DNA of 51,263 nt from an uncultured Clostridia bacterium (GCA_944392515.1 CALXWV010000004.1:1-51263); one strand, 5' to 3'; shown: positions 22,087-33,177, counted from the first letter of the stretch. Translations and numbers: made by a program. Notes: generated by a model from the sequence alone, not told the origin.

Positions 22087-23073
22087 TTATAACTTTAAAT
22101 TAGGTACTGCATTTAGAGTTAAATCATCTATTTTTCCATTTATGAAATTATAATATCCTGCTGATGCTATCATCGCTGCATTATCTGTGCAAAGTTTTAA
22201 ATCTGGCATATATACTTTAATGCCATTTGTTTCTATTTTTTCAAATTCTTTTCTAATATATGAATTTGCTGAAACGCCTCCAGCAAGAACTATTTTACTA
22301 ACATTTATTTTTTGTATTGCTAATTTAACTTTTTCCATTAGCATATCTGTTACTGCTTTTTCAAAACTTGCACATAAATTTTCTTTATTTATATCTGGCT
22401 CTTTATGATGTAAATTAATTACAGCTGTTTTTATTCCACTAAAGCTAAAATCTAAACCATCTACATGTGTTTTTGGTAATTCTATATTAGCCTGGCCATT
22501 TAATGCCATTTTGTCTATTTTAGGACCTCCTGGATATCCTAATCCTATTACTCTTGCAACTTTGTCAAAAGCTTCACCTATTGCATCATCCTTAGTCCTT
22601 CCTAGTACTTCAAAATCTGTATAATCTTTTACATTAACTAATTGAGTATTTCCTCCAGACATCATTACACATAAAAAAGGTGGTTTAAGCTCTGGATAAG
22701 TAATGTAATTTGCTGCTATATGACCTTGAATATGATTAACTCCAACTAATGGCTTATTTAAAGCATAGCTTAAAGCTTTGCCATAAGATAAACCTACAAG
22801 CAAAGCTCCAACTAGTCCAGGACCATAAGTACATGCTACTGCATTTATTCTATTAAAATCTATATTTGCATCCTCAATTGCTTTTTTTGCTACATCAGAT
22901 ATATTATCTATGTGATTTCTTGAAGCAATTTCAGGTACAACTCCTCCATATACAGTATGTATTGGAATTTGTGTATTAATTACATTGGATAATATAATTC
23001 TACCATTTTTCACTACTGATACTGCTGTTTCATCACAACTTGATTCAATTCCTAGTATATATACATCCTCCAT
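22087..23073 (-). CDS. tsaD: tRNA N6-adenosine threonylcarbamoyltransferase
   Basis: LGIESSCDET, GGVVPEIASRNH, HIQGH, GEAFDKVAR, CTDNAAMI. Confidence 0.97.
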   Translation of the reverse strand: MEDVYILGIESSCDETAVSVVKNGRIILSNVINTQIPIHTVYGGVVPEIASRNHIDNISDVAKKAIEDANIDFNRINAVACTYGPGLVGALLVGLSYGKALSYALNKPLVGVNHIQGHIAANYITYPELKPPFLCVMMSGGNTQLVNVKDYTDFEVLGRTKDDAIGEAFDKVARVIGLGYPGGPKIDKMALNGQANIELPKTHVDGLDFSFSGIKTAVINLHHKEPDINKENLCASFEKAVTDMLMEKVKLAIQKINVSKIVLAGGVSANSYIRKEFEKIETNGIKVYMPDLKLCTDNAAMIASAGYYNFINGKIDDLTLNAVPNLKL

Positions 23074-23147
23074 TTTATTGTCCTTTCATTATAGTCCTTT
23101 AATATTTTTATATAATTATTATGTGTATATATAATAATCTTTAATTT

Positions 23148-23894
23148 TTATACTAATAATCCAACAATCCAAACCATTAAGTTTAAAAGTCCTGTATTAA
23201 TTAATTTAATTATTGGGCTTATTACTAATGAGGCAAGTGGTGTTATCCATAATATTATAAATACTATATATAATATTCTTTCATGCGATTCGAACCAATC
23301 TCTTTGTCTGCTTGGAAGTAAAGCAACCAATATTTTAGAGCCATCAAGTGGTGGTAATGGTATTAGGTTAAATACTCCAAGTCCCACATTCATAGATATT
23401 ATATTTACTATTATTAATGAAACTATTTGTCCTGATTGAGATATTAAAAAAGTTCCTCCAAAAGCAAATATAAATGCATAAATTATGCTAAATATTATTG
23501 CTAATATTAGGTTTATAGCTGGACCTGCTAATGCAACTAATGCATTACCTTTTCTAATCGTAATGGTTCTATTAAAATTATTTGAATTAATTTGTACGGG
23601 TCTTCCCCATCCAAATCCTGCAAAAAGTAGCATAAGCATTCCTATTGGTTCCATATGTTTAAATGGATTTAATGTTAATCTTCCTTGCCTTCTTGGTGTA
23701 TCATCACCTAATCTATCTGCCATCCAGGCATGAGCGAACTCATGAAATGTCATTGCAATTATTACTCCTGGAATGCTTAGAACTAGTGCTAGCAAAGCTC
23801 CTGGTGAATATAAATAATATCTTAAATTTTCAGCTATTAAGATGATAACTAATATTATCATCCAAGAATTCATTCCAAATCCTCCAAAAAACAT
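23148..23894 (-). CDS. Site-2 protease, peptidase M50 family
   Basis: HEFAH and NLIPLPPLDG motifs, multiple TMs; start at 23894 after GAGG SD. Confidence 0.92.
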   Translation of the reverse strand: MFFGGFGMNSWMIILVIILIAENLRYYLYSPGALLALVLSIPGVIIAMTFHEFAHAWMADRLGDDTPRRQGRLTLNPFKHMEPIGMLMLLFAGFGWGRPVQINSNNFNRTITIRKGNALVALAGPAINLILAIIFSIIYAFIFAFGGTFLISQSGQIVSLIIVNIISMNVGLGVFNLIPLPPLDGSKILVALLPSRQRDWFESHERILYIVFIILWITPLASLVISPIIKLINTGLLNLMVWIVGLLV

Positions 23895-23952
23895 TTGTAT
23901 TTCCTCACATATGTAAATAAACATATTCTTTCTTTTTAATATTTTATTATCT

Positions 23953-24813
23953 TTAGATTATTTTATTAAATGTATCTAATAAAATTTGATACCTAATCAT
24001 TATAATATTTTTATAAAAATCTTTTCTTATATCTTGCATACAGTCTATACCATCTATAAAGTCATTTATTTTTTCTATATTAACTTTTGGCATAATTCTT
24101 TTTATAGCATTATTGCAATCTTGATTTTTATGTTCTTTTATAAATGTCATATAATTTATCTTTTTACCATTTTCTTTAATACAAGAATAACAATTTATTG
24201 CTAAATTTTTAATTTCAACATCACTTAATTTTTTTATTTCTTCATCACCAATCATAGGATTCAAGCATGAACCACAATCATAAATTGGTGCGAACTCGGC
24301 TCTATCACTTCTTGCATTAACTAGAAGTCCCCAATTTCCGTTGTGTCTATCTGTATTTCCAATTAAGCTGTCTACTATAAACATATCCCAGAATTTTTCT
24401 TTTATATCATCTTCAATAATCATTTTCTTAGTTTCTTCAATAACTTCTAAGATATCCGAAAGCTCAGTTTCTATTTTTTTATCTGGATTACTACTTAATG
24501 CTAGACTTTCAAATTCATAAAGTATATGATTTCCATCTGTAAAATCTTCACAAGCACAAACTATTTTTTTCTTTCCATTATATGTATATGTTCCAAGTAT
24601 TGTATTTTGAGCTTTAAATCCTATTATCTTAAATATATTACTACCTACATATTCTGAGAAAGCATTATTTATATATGATATATTTTTATTTTTTTCTCTT
24701 ATTGGATCCGGAAACTTTACTAGATATTTCTTACCATTATATATTAAAGTTTTCTTTTTTTCAGATCCCTTATAATTATTAAGTTCTTCTATTGAACTAG
24801 AAAAGTCTACCAT
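23953..24813 (-). CDS. HipA-like / CtkA-family Ser/Thr kinase
   Basis: GSEKK loop, YLVKFP, SEYVGS, NTDRHNGNWG catalytic loop, APIYDCGS. Confidence 0.85.
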   Translation of the reverse strand: MVDFSSSIEELNNYKGSEKKKTLIYNGKKYLVKFPDPIREKNKNISYINNAFSEYVGSNIFKIIGFKAQNTILGTYTYNGKKKIVCACEDFTDGNHILYEFESLALSSNPDKKIETELSDILEVIEETKKMIIEDDIKEKFWDMFIVDSLIGNTDRHNGNWGLLVNARSDRAEFAPIYDCGSCLNPMIGDEEIKKLSDVEIKNLAINCYSCIKENGKKINYMTFIKEHKNQDCNNAIKRIMPKVNIEKINDFIDGIDCMQDIRKDFYKNIIMIRYQILLDTFNKII

Positions 24814-24849
24814 TATTTAACTCCTTTTAATACTATAACTATCATTTAA

Positions 24850-26337
24850 TTAATGATTATCTAGTGGTTTCATAGTTGGGAATAAAAGTACATCTCTTAT
24901 GGATGCAGAATTTGTAAGTAGCATTATAAGTCTATCTAATCCTATTCCTAATCCTCCTGTTGGTGGTAAACCTATTTCTAGTGCATTTACAAAGTCTTCA
25001 TCCATCATACCCGCTTCTTCATCACCTTTAGCTCTTGCTTCTGCTTGTTTTTTTAATCTCTCATATTGGTCTATTGGGTCATTAAGCTCTGAATAAGCAT
25101 TTCCATATTCTCTTCCACCAATAAATAATTCGAATCTTTCTGTAAGTGATGGATTATCTTTCTTTCTCTTTGTAAGTGGTGATACTTCAACAGGATAATC
25201 CATTATAAATGTAGGCTGGATTAATGTTTCTTCAACAAAAGTTTCAAAGAATTCATTTATGATATGTCCTCTTGTTGTTTTACCTTCTTCTAATTGAACA
25301 CCTTTTTCATCAGCAAGTTTTCTTGCTTCTTCATCTGTTTTTACTTCATTAAAGTCTATTCCTGTTTTTTCTTTAATAGCATCTATCATTGTTATTCTCT
25401 TCCAAGGTGTAGATAAATCAATATCTAATCCTTGATAATTTATTTTTAATGTTCCATTTACTTTCATACATAATCTAGTTATTATCTCTTCAGATATATC
25501 CATCATATCATGATAATCTTCATATGCTGCATAAAGTTCTACATTTGTAAATTCAGGATTATGCTTAATATCCATACCTTCATTTCTAAAGTTTCTACAT
25601 ACTTCGTATACTTTATCAAATCCACCAACTATTAATCTTTTTAAGTTAAGCTCTGGTGCTATTCTTAAATACATATCTATGTCTAATGTGTTATGGTGTG
25701 TTTCAAATGGTCTTGCAGCATCACCAGTAATTAAATTATTTAAAATTGGTGTTTCTACTTCTAGATATCCTTTTTCATCAAGAATATTTCTTAACTCTTT
25801 TATTATCATACTTCTTTTTATGAAAGTATCTTTTACTTCTGGATTTACTATTAAATCTACATATCTTTGTCTATATCTTAAATCTGTATCTTTTAAACCA
25901 TGGAATTTTTCTGGAAGTGGCTTTAAAGATTTAGTAAGCAGTGTTACTTCTTTTGCATGTATAGATATTTCTCCTGTACGTGTTTTAAATACAAATCCAG
26001 TTACTCCAATAATATCTCCAATATCATCTTCTTTAAATTGTTTATAACTTTCTTCTCCTAAGTCATTAATACTTACATAACTTTGTATTTTTCCTTCACC
26101 ATCTTGAATATGACAAAAAGAAGCCTTTCCCATTATTCTTTTTGCCATTAATCTACCTGCTATTGTTACATCTTTACCTTCTAATTCATCATAATTATCT
26201 ATAATTTGTTTTGTAGTATGAGTTCTATTAAATTTAGTAATTTGAAAAGGATCCTTTCCTTCTGCTCTTAACTTATCTAATTTTTCTCTTCTTACCATCA
26301 TTAAATGATCCATATCTAATTCTTGATTTTCGTCCAT
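24850..26337 (-). CDS. lysS: Lysyl-tRNA synthetase (class II)
   Basis: [32 protein letters not shown]; start could also be 26346. Confidence 0.98.
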   Translation of the reverse strand: MDENQELDMDHLMMVRREKLDKLRAEGKDPFQITKFNRTHTTKQIIDNYDELEGKDVTIAGRLMAKRIMGKASFCHIQDGEGKIQSYVSINDLGEESYKQFKEDDIGDIIGVTGFVFKTRTGEISIHAKEVTLLTKSLKPLPEKFHGLKDTDLRYRQRYVDLIVNPEVKDTFIKRSMIIKELRNILDEKGYLEVETPILNNLITGDAARPFETHHNTLDIDMYLRIAPELNLKRLIVGGFDKVYEVCRNFRNEGMDIKHNPEFTNVELYAAYEDYHDMMDISEEIITRLCMKVNGTLKINYQGLDIDLSTPWKRITMIDAIKEKTGIDFNEVKTDEEARKLADEKGVQLEEGKTTRGHIINEFFETFVEETLIQPTFIMDYPVEVSPLTKRKKDNPSLTERFELFIGGREYGNAYSELNDPIDQYERLKKQAEARAKGDEEAGMMDEDFVNALEIGLPPTGGLGIGLDRLIMLLTNSASIRDVLLFPTMKPLDNH

Positions 26338-26465
26338 TAATCTCATTTCCTTTCTGTACTCAAAATTATGGTATTATTATACCTTAAATTCCACTTTTTG
26401 TAAACCTCTTAATATTATTTAAATAGATAAAATTTTATCGTCTTAAGATTCATAAATTTACTTTA

Positions 26466-27236
26466 TTATCCTATTTTTCTCTTTTGTATAAAGTAACAAC
26501 AAAAAGCAAAAAATGAGTCAGGCAAAATTTTTGTAAATATTCTAACTAAACTAATATACCATTCTGTAAAAATAATTTTTTTATTCTTCAACATTTTTTC
26601 TACTGCTTTTCTTGCCACATCACTACTTTTTGCCTCTGGTGTATTAAATTTAACATCTGCTACTTTTTGAAAATTTGTTTTAACAGGACCAGGGCATAAT
26701 ACACTTACTTTTACATTTGATTTTTGCATTTTAAGTTCTCTTTGAATCCCTTGAGTAAGTTTTATTACATATGATTTACTAGCATAATATGTAGCCATTA
26801 GTGGCCCTGGCATAAAGCCAGCTATTGATGCCACATTCAATATATATCCTTTGTTTTTCAAACACATATCTTGTAAAAACAACTTCATTAATATATGAAG
26901 AGCTGTAATATTAGTATCTATTATTTGTTCTTCTTTTTCTAATGATGTATCTGTAAATCTTCCGCAAGTTCCAAGTCCAGCATTATTAATTAATATATCT
27001 ATTGTTTCAAATTCTTTTTTTACATCTTTATATAAATTTATGCAATTTTCTCTAATGCTTAAATCAACTATTTTTACATATACTTTGACATTATATTCTT
27101 TTTCTAACTCATCTTTTAATTCCATTAAAGCCTTTTCATTTCTTGCAACAATTATTAAATCATATTTTCTTTTTGCAAGTTCTCTTGCTATATCTCTTCC
27201 AATACCAGAAGATGCACCTGTAATTAAAGCAATCAT
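26466..27236 (-). CDS. Short-chain dehydrogenase/reductase
   Basis: TGASSGIG, NNAG, YYASK. Confidence 0.93.
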   Translation of the reverse strand: MIALITGASSGIGRDIARELAKRKYDLIIVARNEKALMELKDELEKEYNVKVYVKIVDLSIRENCINLYKDVKKEFETIDILINNAGLGTCGRFTDTSLEKEEQIIDTNITALHILMKLFLQDMCLKNKGYILNVASIAGFMPGPLMATYYASKSYVIKLTQGIQRELKMQKSNVKVSVLCPGPVKTNFQKVADVKFNTPEAKSSDVARKAVEKMLKNKKIIFTEWYISLVRIFTKILPDSFFAFCCYFIQKRKIG

Positions 27237-27318
27237 TTTTTTAATTACCTTTCTAAATTTATAAATATTTTTTAATCAAAACTCTTTATTAATTCAATAA
27301 TTTGTTAATTATTAATTT

Positions 27319-28458
27319 TTACATTTTAACAATCTTTTCCCATGGCAAATTATCTTTTCCAAAATGACCATAATTTGTTGTTAATCTATAAATAGGTCTT
27401 TGTAAATCTAAATAATTTATTATTCCTCTAGGTGTTAAATCAAATTTTTCTACTTTTTCAATAATCTTTGAAGAAGGAATTGTTTCTGTTTTAAAAGTAT
27501 CTACAAATATTGAAACAGGTTTAGCAACACCTATTGCATAAGAAAGCTGTATTTCACATTTTTTAGCATATCCATTTGCAACAATGTTTTTTGCTAAGAA
27601 TCTTGCCATATATGATGCACTTCTATCTACTTTTGTTGGATCTTTTCCTGAAAAAGCTCCTCCACCATGTCTTGCATATCCTCCATAAGTATCTACTATT
27701 ATTTTTCTTCCAGTTAAACCACTATCTCCAAGAGGTCCACCAATAACAAATCTTCCTGTAGGATTAATATAATATTTTGTATTTTCATCTAATAAATCAC
27801 TTGGCATTATTTTAAAAATTACTTTTTCTTTTACTTCTTTACGAAGATTTTCTATATCTAGCCCATCAATGTGCTGAGTAGAAAGTACAACTGTATCTAC
27901 TCTTAAAGGTTTTCCATCATCATATTCAACTGTTACTTGCACTTTACCATCTGGTCTTAAGCCTTGTATTTCTTTGCTTTTCCTTACATCAGATAATTTT
28001 TTTGCAAGTTTATGTGCTAAACTAATCGGTAGTGGCATAAGCTCTTTTGTTTCATCACAAGCAAACCCAAACATTATACCTTGATCTCCAGCTCCTTCTG
28101 ATTGAATAGATTCTCCTTCTTTATCTTCTAAGCTTCTATCTACCCCCATTGCTATATCTGGTGATTGCTTAGATATATTGACTATTATTTTGCAAGTTCT
28201 ATAATCTATATCTAAATTAGCGTTATCATATCCAATTTCTTTTATTGCATTCCTTGCAATTTGTTCTATATTAATATTTGCTTTAGATGTAATTTCACCT
28301 GTAATATATATTTCTCCCTTACTAGCTAATGTTTCGCAGGCTACTCTTGAATTTTTATCTTGCTTTAAGCATTCATCTAATACACTATCTGAAATATAAT
28401 CACATAGTTTATCTGGATGTCCCTCTGTAACACTCTCTGACGTAAATAAATATTTCAT
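27319..28458 (-). CDS. metK: S-adenosylmethionine synthetase
   Basis: [28 protein letters not shown]. Confidence 0.98.
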   Translation of the reverse strand: MKYLFTSESVTEGHPDKLCDYISDSVLDECLKQDKNSRVACETLASKGEIYITGEITSKANINIEQIARNAIKEIGYDNANLDIDYRTCKIIVNISKQSPDIAMGVDRSLEDKEGESIQSEGAGDQGIMFGFACDETKELMPLPISLAHKLAKKLSDVRKSKEIQGLRPDGKVQVTVEYDDGKPLRVDTVVLSTQHIDGLDIENLRKEVKEKVIFKIMPSDLLDENTKYYINPTGRFVIGGPLGDSGLTGRKIIVDTYGGYARHGGGAFSGKDPTKVDRSASYMARFLAKNIVANGYAKKCEIQLSYAIGVAKPVSIFVDTFKTETIPSSKIIEKVEKFDLTPRGIINYLDLQRPIYRLTTNYGHFGKDNLPWEKIVKM

Positions 28459-28523
28459 AATTATTAATAACTTCCTTCCTTTAATTAAGTATTATCTAAT
28501 TTAATATCATTTTTAAAAATAAG

Positions 28524-28603
28524 TTATCCACATATTATTACATTTTTGTGGATAATATTACAAAAATGTAATATTAATATAATATTTGTCATTATTTGTC
28601 GAA
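28524..28603. promoter_or_regulatory. metK upstream region: two DnaA boxes, 14-bp inverted repeat, Spo0A-like box
   Basis: TTATCCACA 28524-28532 and TGTGGATAA 28547-28555; TATTACATTTTTGT/ACAAAAATGTAATA 28536-28573; TGTCGAA 28597-28603. Confidence 0.55.
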
Positions 28604-28614
28604 CAAAAATATAT

Positions 28615-29763
28615 CTATCCTCTGCCTTCTGGTTCTTCTTCTGTAGGCGATTTAATTGTTCTTCTTAATTTTTCTAGATATTTAGTAAAACTTTTTACAC
28701 TTGTTGCTATCCAATTAATCTTTGTTCCTAATAATCCTTTATTCTTTTTATTTTTTTCATATTCAAGTATTTTTTGTAGCACGGTTTCCACATTTGCGGA
28801 TTCATCAACAATATCTGTTCTTAAAAATTGATTTCCATCAACAATTGGAACTATTTTAGGCTTTTCTTCTAACTGTAAGTATAAATTGATCTTACTAAAA
28901 TCCTCCATACATTTTATTAATGTATCAACTTGTTTTTCTGACATTTCTTCTGGGCAGAAGATTGCAGCAATATTGCTTATAGCTTTATATAATTTTATGA
29001 CCACAATATTATAATCTTTTGCCAGGCTTCCCGCTTCTGCTTCTTTATCTAAAACTTTTATTCCCATATCATTTTCCATCACTTCTATTGCTTCATACTT
29101 ATGTTGTTCTTTCTTTTTAGTAGATGCATATATTTTACCCTTGGATGAAATTAATATGACACCCTCATTTTTGTGTGAAAGTATTCTATCTTTTGTATCA
29201 GCTAAAAATACATCTTGCAAATCAAATTTTAGATATTTATTAATTAATTCTTGCTCTTCTTTAGATACTCTTCCTGTTTTATAATCTAAAAAAATCTTTA
29301 AAGTTTCATTTAGAGATGCTCCTTTTCCTTGTTTTCCACTATAATAATATCTTGGATTATCAAACACATAAATTTGTTTTTGCATATCTTGATTTTGAGT
29401 TTTATTTTCTAAATCCTTATAGTAACTTAACAAATTATCAGCATCTTCTTTTGATATTTTATCTGAAATAATTGCGGTAAGAACATTACTATTTTCTTTA
29501 ATACTATTTCCTTTTATTTGTGGCATTATTCTAATAATGGAAAAACCTTGATTTGTTAGCTTCTTATATAACTTAGCATTAAATGCTGTTCCTTCACTAA
29601 CTTGAACTCCTAAAGAATCAGATAAGAATTTTGCTTCTTCTCTAGAAAATAAACTTTGTCCTATTTTTGAATTTAAACTACTCATATTTGAGTATGAAAG
29701 TGGCAATTCAAGCTTTTTGCCGTGATTAAAAAATACAATTGTTCCTACTGGTAACTTGTTCAT
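28615..29763 (-). CDS. Hypothetical protein (~380 aa)
   Basis: Long ORF with host-like codon use; no recognised motif; start 29763 or 29775. Confidence 0.7.
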   Translation of the reverse strand: MNKLPVGTIVFFNHGKKLELPLSYSNMSSLNSKIGQSLFSREEAKFLSDSLGVQVSEGTAFNAKLYKKLTNQGFSIIRIMPQIKGNSIKENSNVLTAIISDKISKEDADNLLSYYKDLENKTQNQDMQKQIYVFDNPRYYYSGKQGKGASLNETLKIFLDYKTGRVSKEEQELINKYLKFDLQDVFLADTKDRILSHKNEGVILISSKGKIYASTKKKEQHKYEAIEVMENDMGIKVLDKEAEAGSLAKDYNIVVIKLYKAISNIAAIFCPEEMSEKQVDTLIKCMEDFSKINLYLQLEEKPKIVPIVDGNQFLRTDIVDESANVETVLQKILEYEKNKKNKGLLGTKINWIATSVKSFTKYLEKLRRTIKSPTEEEPEGRG

Positions 29764-29913
29764 TTTAAAATACATCCCTTCATAATAAAATTAATACCAT
29801 AAAGAAAAATTTTTAAATTAGTACTTTGTACTTTTCTACCACTAATTCTCTTAAATTCAATGCTATTATATATGAACAATTTTTATTAAGTCAATATTAA
29901 TTTTGTAAAATAT

Positions 29914-29942
29914 TTGACTTAATGCATTTTATATTGTATAAT
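29914..29942 (+). promoter_or_regulatory. sigA promoter of tRNA-Glu
   Basis: TTGACT-17-TATAAT. Confidence 0.7.
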
Positions 29943-29954
29943 AGGTTTTGTTAT

Positions 29955-30029
29955 GGCCCCTTGGTCAAGCGGTTAAGACGCAGCCCTCTCAAGGCTGAAT
30001 CATGGGTTCGATTCCCGTAGGGGTCACCA
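29955..30029 (+). tRNA. tRNA-Glu (anticodon CTC)
   Basis: GGCCCCT acceptor stem, CAGCC-CTCTCAA-GGCTG anticodon arm, GGTTCGATTCC T-arm, encoded CCA. Confidence 0.95.
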
Positions 30030-30035
30030 AATATT

Positions 30036-30080
30036 AAAGCATAGAATATCAAATAACTATCTCGATATTCTATGCTTTTT
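30036..30080. terminator. Bidirectional terminator between tRNA and mini-III gene
   Basis: AAAGCATAGAATATC...GATATTCTATGCTTTTT. Confidence 0.75.
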
Positions 30081-30100
30081 ATATTATTTTAAAATTTAAT

Positions 30101-30517
30101 TTACTTCTTTTCTTCTACTACTCTTTTTATTATTTCTTTTACTCTATCTTCTTTTTTATTTAGAAATAAATAACCGATTAATGCTTCAAAGCCTGTTGAA
30201 TATGAGTAATCTTCTAAGCTTGCATTTTTAGGTAAATGATGATTTTGAGTGTTTCTTCCTCTTCTAACTATTTCTTTTTCATCATCTGTTAAGAAATTAG
30301 CTTCAATAAGGCTTTTTACTGCTTTTGCTTGAGATCCTGCTTTTACATATTTAATTGATTCAACATGCATTCTATGTGGATTTAAATTAGTTGTATTTGC
30401 TAAATATACTCTTATGTATAGCTCATAAACACTGTCCCCCACATACGCCCAAGTAAGTGGAGACATCATATTAATTTGTGATTCATCTTTAATTAATACT
30501 TCATCTAGGTAATTCAA
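30101..30517 (-). CDS. mrnC: Mini-ribonuclease III
   Basis: AYVGDSVYELYIR, RRGRN, STGFEALIGYL; no dsRBD. Confidence 0.92.
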   Translation of the reverse strand: MNYLDEVLIKDESQINMMSPLTWAYVGDSVYELYIRVYLANTTNLNPHRMHVESIKYVKAGSQAKAVKSLIEANFLTDDEKEIVRRGRNTQNHHLPKNASLEDYSYSTGFEALIGYLFLNKKEDRVKEIIKRVVEEKK

Positions 30518-31361
30518 TTGTTATCCTCCCTAATTTTCCATTTTGAAATTCATTTAATATTATATCTGAAATTTTTTGCATATTTATATTTCCACCTGAA
30601 ATAATTGCACCTCTTTTTCTTGCAATCTCTTCTAATACATCCATCGTTTCTTTTTCTTCTAATTCTATATTAAATCTTTCAGTTATTCTTTCTGGATAAT
30701 TTTTTATCAAATATTCCAATAAATAATATGCAATTTCTTCTTTATCTATAGCATTTTCTCCTATGGTTCCAACAAAAGCTAAATGCATTGCATAGGTCTT
30801 ATTTTCTAGCTTTGGCCAAAGCATACCTGGTGTATCCATAAGTTCTATTTCATTTGTAACTTTTATCCATTGTTTTTGTTTAGTAACTCCTGGCTTATTT
30901 CCTACCTTTGCAGTATTTCTTTTTGCTATGCTGTTTATAAATGTAGACTTACCTACATTAGGAATTCCAAGAACCATAACTCTTATAGCTTTACCAATCC
31001 TACCTTTTTGCATATACTTTTCTTTTATGCTTTCATATTCTAATTTTATCGCTTCAATTACATCTTTTATACCTTTAGAATTATTAGATTCTACTGCAAT
31101 TGCTTTGATTCCCTTATTTTTATAAAAGTCTATCCATCTATTAGTAATATTATTATCTGCTAAATCCGATTTATTAAGTACAATTATTTTATTTTTATCT
31201 TTGATTATTTCTTCTATATCTGGATTTTGACTAGCTAGAGGCACTCTTGCATCTAATATTTCTATAACAATGTCTATTAATTTTAAGTCTTCTATTATTT
31301 GTTTCTTTGTTTTAGCCATATGTCCAGGGTACCAGTTAATGTTTGTTTTATTTTCATTCAT
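30501..31361 (-). CDS. ylqF: Ribosome biogenesis GTPase YlqF/RbgA
   Basis: WYPGHMAK, LDAR, NKSD, GIPNVGKS, DTPG; start at 31361 after GGAG SD. Confidence 0.96.
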   Translation of the reverse strand: MNENKTNINWYPGHMAKTKKQIIEDLKLIDIVIEILDARVPLASQNPDIEEIIKDKNKIIVLNKSDLADNNITNRWIDFYKNKGIKAIAVESNNSKGIKDVIEAIKLEYESIKEKYMQKGRIGKAIRVMVLGIPNVGKSTFINSIAKRNTAKVGNKPGVTKQKQWIKVTNEIELMDTPGMLWPKLENKTYAMHLAFVGTIGENAIDKEEIAYYLLEYLIKNYPERITERFNIELEEKETMDVLEEIARKRGAIISGGNINMQKISDIILNEFQNGKLGRITIELPR

Positions 31362-31400
31362 TATTTTTTTACTCTCCAACTTTCCTATTTTCAATCCGCC

Positions 31401-32306
31401 TTATCTATGTATCTGATTTTCCTTGTTTTTGTTCCTTAATTTTAAACCATATTGTATTCCTTCGTCAACTTCTTTTTCTGTCATTGGACATTTTATTTTT
31501 TTTCCTAAAATTATATTTTTTTCTTCTTTTCCTAAAAGTTCTCTTTTCATTTGTGAAATATATTCATCCAATGACATTTCAACCAAATTTCTTGCTGCAA
31601 TTAGTTTCATATTTTTTAATATATTTTCTATATCTAAATTGTCTCTTTCAAAACCTTTTTCTAACATAAAATCTCCACCATCTAATCTACATTCTGAAAG
31701 TCCTAATTTTCTTTCATCATCATATAAACTAACTAAAGCTGAAACCATCGCGGAATTAATTGTATTTCTTTCTTTAGTCGAATATTCCTTAAAATGATAT
31801 ATTGGTTCTGGAATCCACATTCCCCAATCTTCTGTATCTATCCCTATACACCTTGATTGATAAAAATATGGAGTTACATATAATTCTCTTTTTTCATCTT
31901 GAAAATAATATAAAGGTTTAACTACTAAATTACTTTTTTTATTTAAAGTATTTAAATTGCTAAATTCTTTTTTTCCTATTCCTTTATTTGCAGATGGTTG
32001 AGTTACAAGTAAAGTATATTGTCTATTCTCATCAATTGTAAGCACATACACAAGTTGCGTGCTTCCATAATTTATAAATTGTATTCTTCTATATTTTCCT
32101 TGAAATTCTGCTACTCTATTGCTTGCTAAAACATCCTTTATAAATTCATGAATTTTAATCAGTTCTTCTCTTGCATTTTGATTTGGTTTAGTTGCTATGT
32201 ACCATACTCCATAATTTGGAATTCCTAAAGAATCTTTTTTGTCTATTTTACTAGCATGTATCAAATGATTATTTGATACACCATTTATTGTATTTTTTTC
32301 TTTCAT
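31401..32306 (-). CDS. Hypothetical protein, possible protein-kinase-like fold
   Basis: AGGAG SD; INYGSTQLVY, KKEFSNL, VVKP, LYVTPY, RLDGGDFML spaced like kinase subdomains. Confidence 0.6.
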   Translation of the reverse strand: MKEKNTINGVSNNHLIHASKIDKKDSLGIPNYGVWYIATKPNQNAREELIKIHEFIKDVLASNRVAEFQGKYRRIQFINYGSTQLVYVLTIDENRQYTLLVTQPSANKGIGKKEFSNLNTLNKKSNLVVKPLYYFQDEKRELYVTPYFYQSRCIGIDTEDWGMWIPEPIYHFKEYSTKERNTINSAMVSALVSLYDDERKLGLSECRLDGGDFMLEKGFERDNLDIENILKNMKLIAARNLVEMSLDEYISQMKRELLGKEEKNIILGKKIKCPMTEKEVDEGIQYGLKLRNKNKENQIHR

Positions 32307-32551
32307 TTTTTTATTTCTCCTACTATATTTTTCTTATCTCTTTATATTTTATTATTATAAAGCAACAAATCTTGGTTATTAAGTTGATATTTTCTAGATT
32401 ATTTTAACAATCGTTGATATTAAATTGTATAAAACACACTATATTGCTTTATACAGTATAGTGTGTTTTTTATTTTTTCTTTTGTATATTATACTTAAAC
32501 GTCATCACAATTATATGTAAATTTCTAAAAGACAAAATTCATTTTTCCTCA

Positions 32552-33022
32552 TTATAAAGTTCTATAATTATTTTTATCTGCCCTTTCATCTAGCTGTCTA
32601 TCATATTCTTTATTAGTATAAAACCAATCTGTTTTTTTATCTTTAGGTTTTCTTCCTTTATCAATAGATAAATCTACAAGTACAGCAAAAGCAAGTATTA
32701 TTCCTAAAAAAGATGTAAAGGCTCCCATATAATTTGTAATTTGGCCTTGTCCTGATGTAAATACTGGCATTACTTGATTTATTAAATCTGTTCCAAAATA
32801 TGCAAGATATGCTAAAAAGTATATTATTGCTCCAAATAATTTTCTTTTAAAAACTAATACAATACATACAACAGTAAAAAATAATAATATAATTTCAACA
32901 GTCAAATTAATTGGCTTAACAAAAAAATCATTATATACTGATGCTTGATATGCAACAACTACTCTAAAACCCCAATACATTATCATAAACATGGCTATCA
33001 TCCAATTTGCAAAAGTTCTCAT
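32552..33022 (-). CDS. Hypothetical membrane protein (about 4 TM)
   Basis: Hydrophobic segments plus charged C-terminal tail; AGGGAG SD. Confidence 0.75.
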   Translation of the reverse strand: MRTFANWMIAMFMIMYWGFRVVVAYQASVYNDFFVKPINLTVEIILLFFTVVCIVLVFKRKLFGAIIYFLAYLAYFGTDLINQVMPVFTSGQGQITNYMGAFTSFLGIILAFAVLVDLSIDKGRKPKDKKTDWFYTNKEYDRQLDERADKNNYRTL

Positions 33023-33177
33023 TTTATAAAACTCCCTTCATTATTTTCTCTTATATAATTTTATATATTTTAAAATATTAATTCTTTATAATATGATAAA
33101 AGCCTTTTGGGCATATTTACCAAAAGGCTTTCTTATTAAACCCTAATCTTAAGTTGTTCAATTTATGAAAAACCTAA

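Noticed and set aside
28524-28573. Replication origin
   Set aside because: Only two DnaA boxes, no dnaA/dnaN context, no switch in gene orientation
29955-30029. tRNA as integration site of an island or prophage
   Set aside because: No integrase and no duplicated tRNA 3' end noticed
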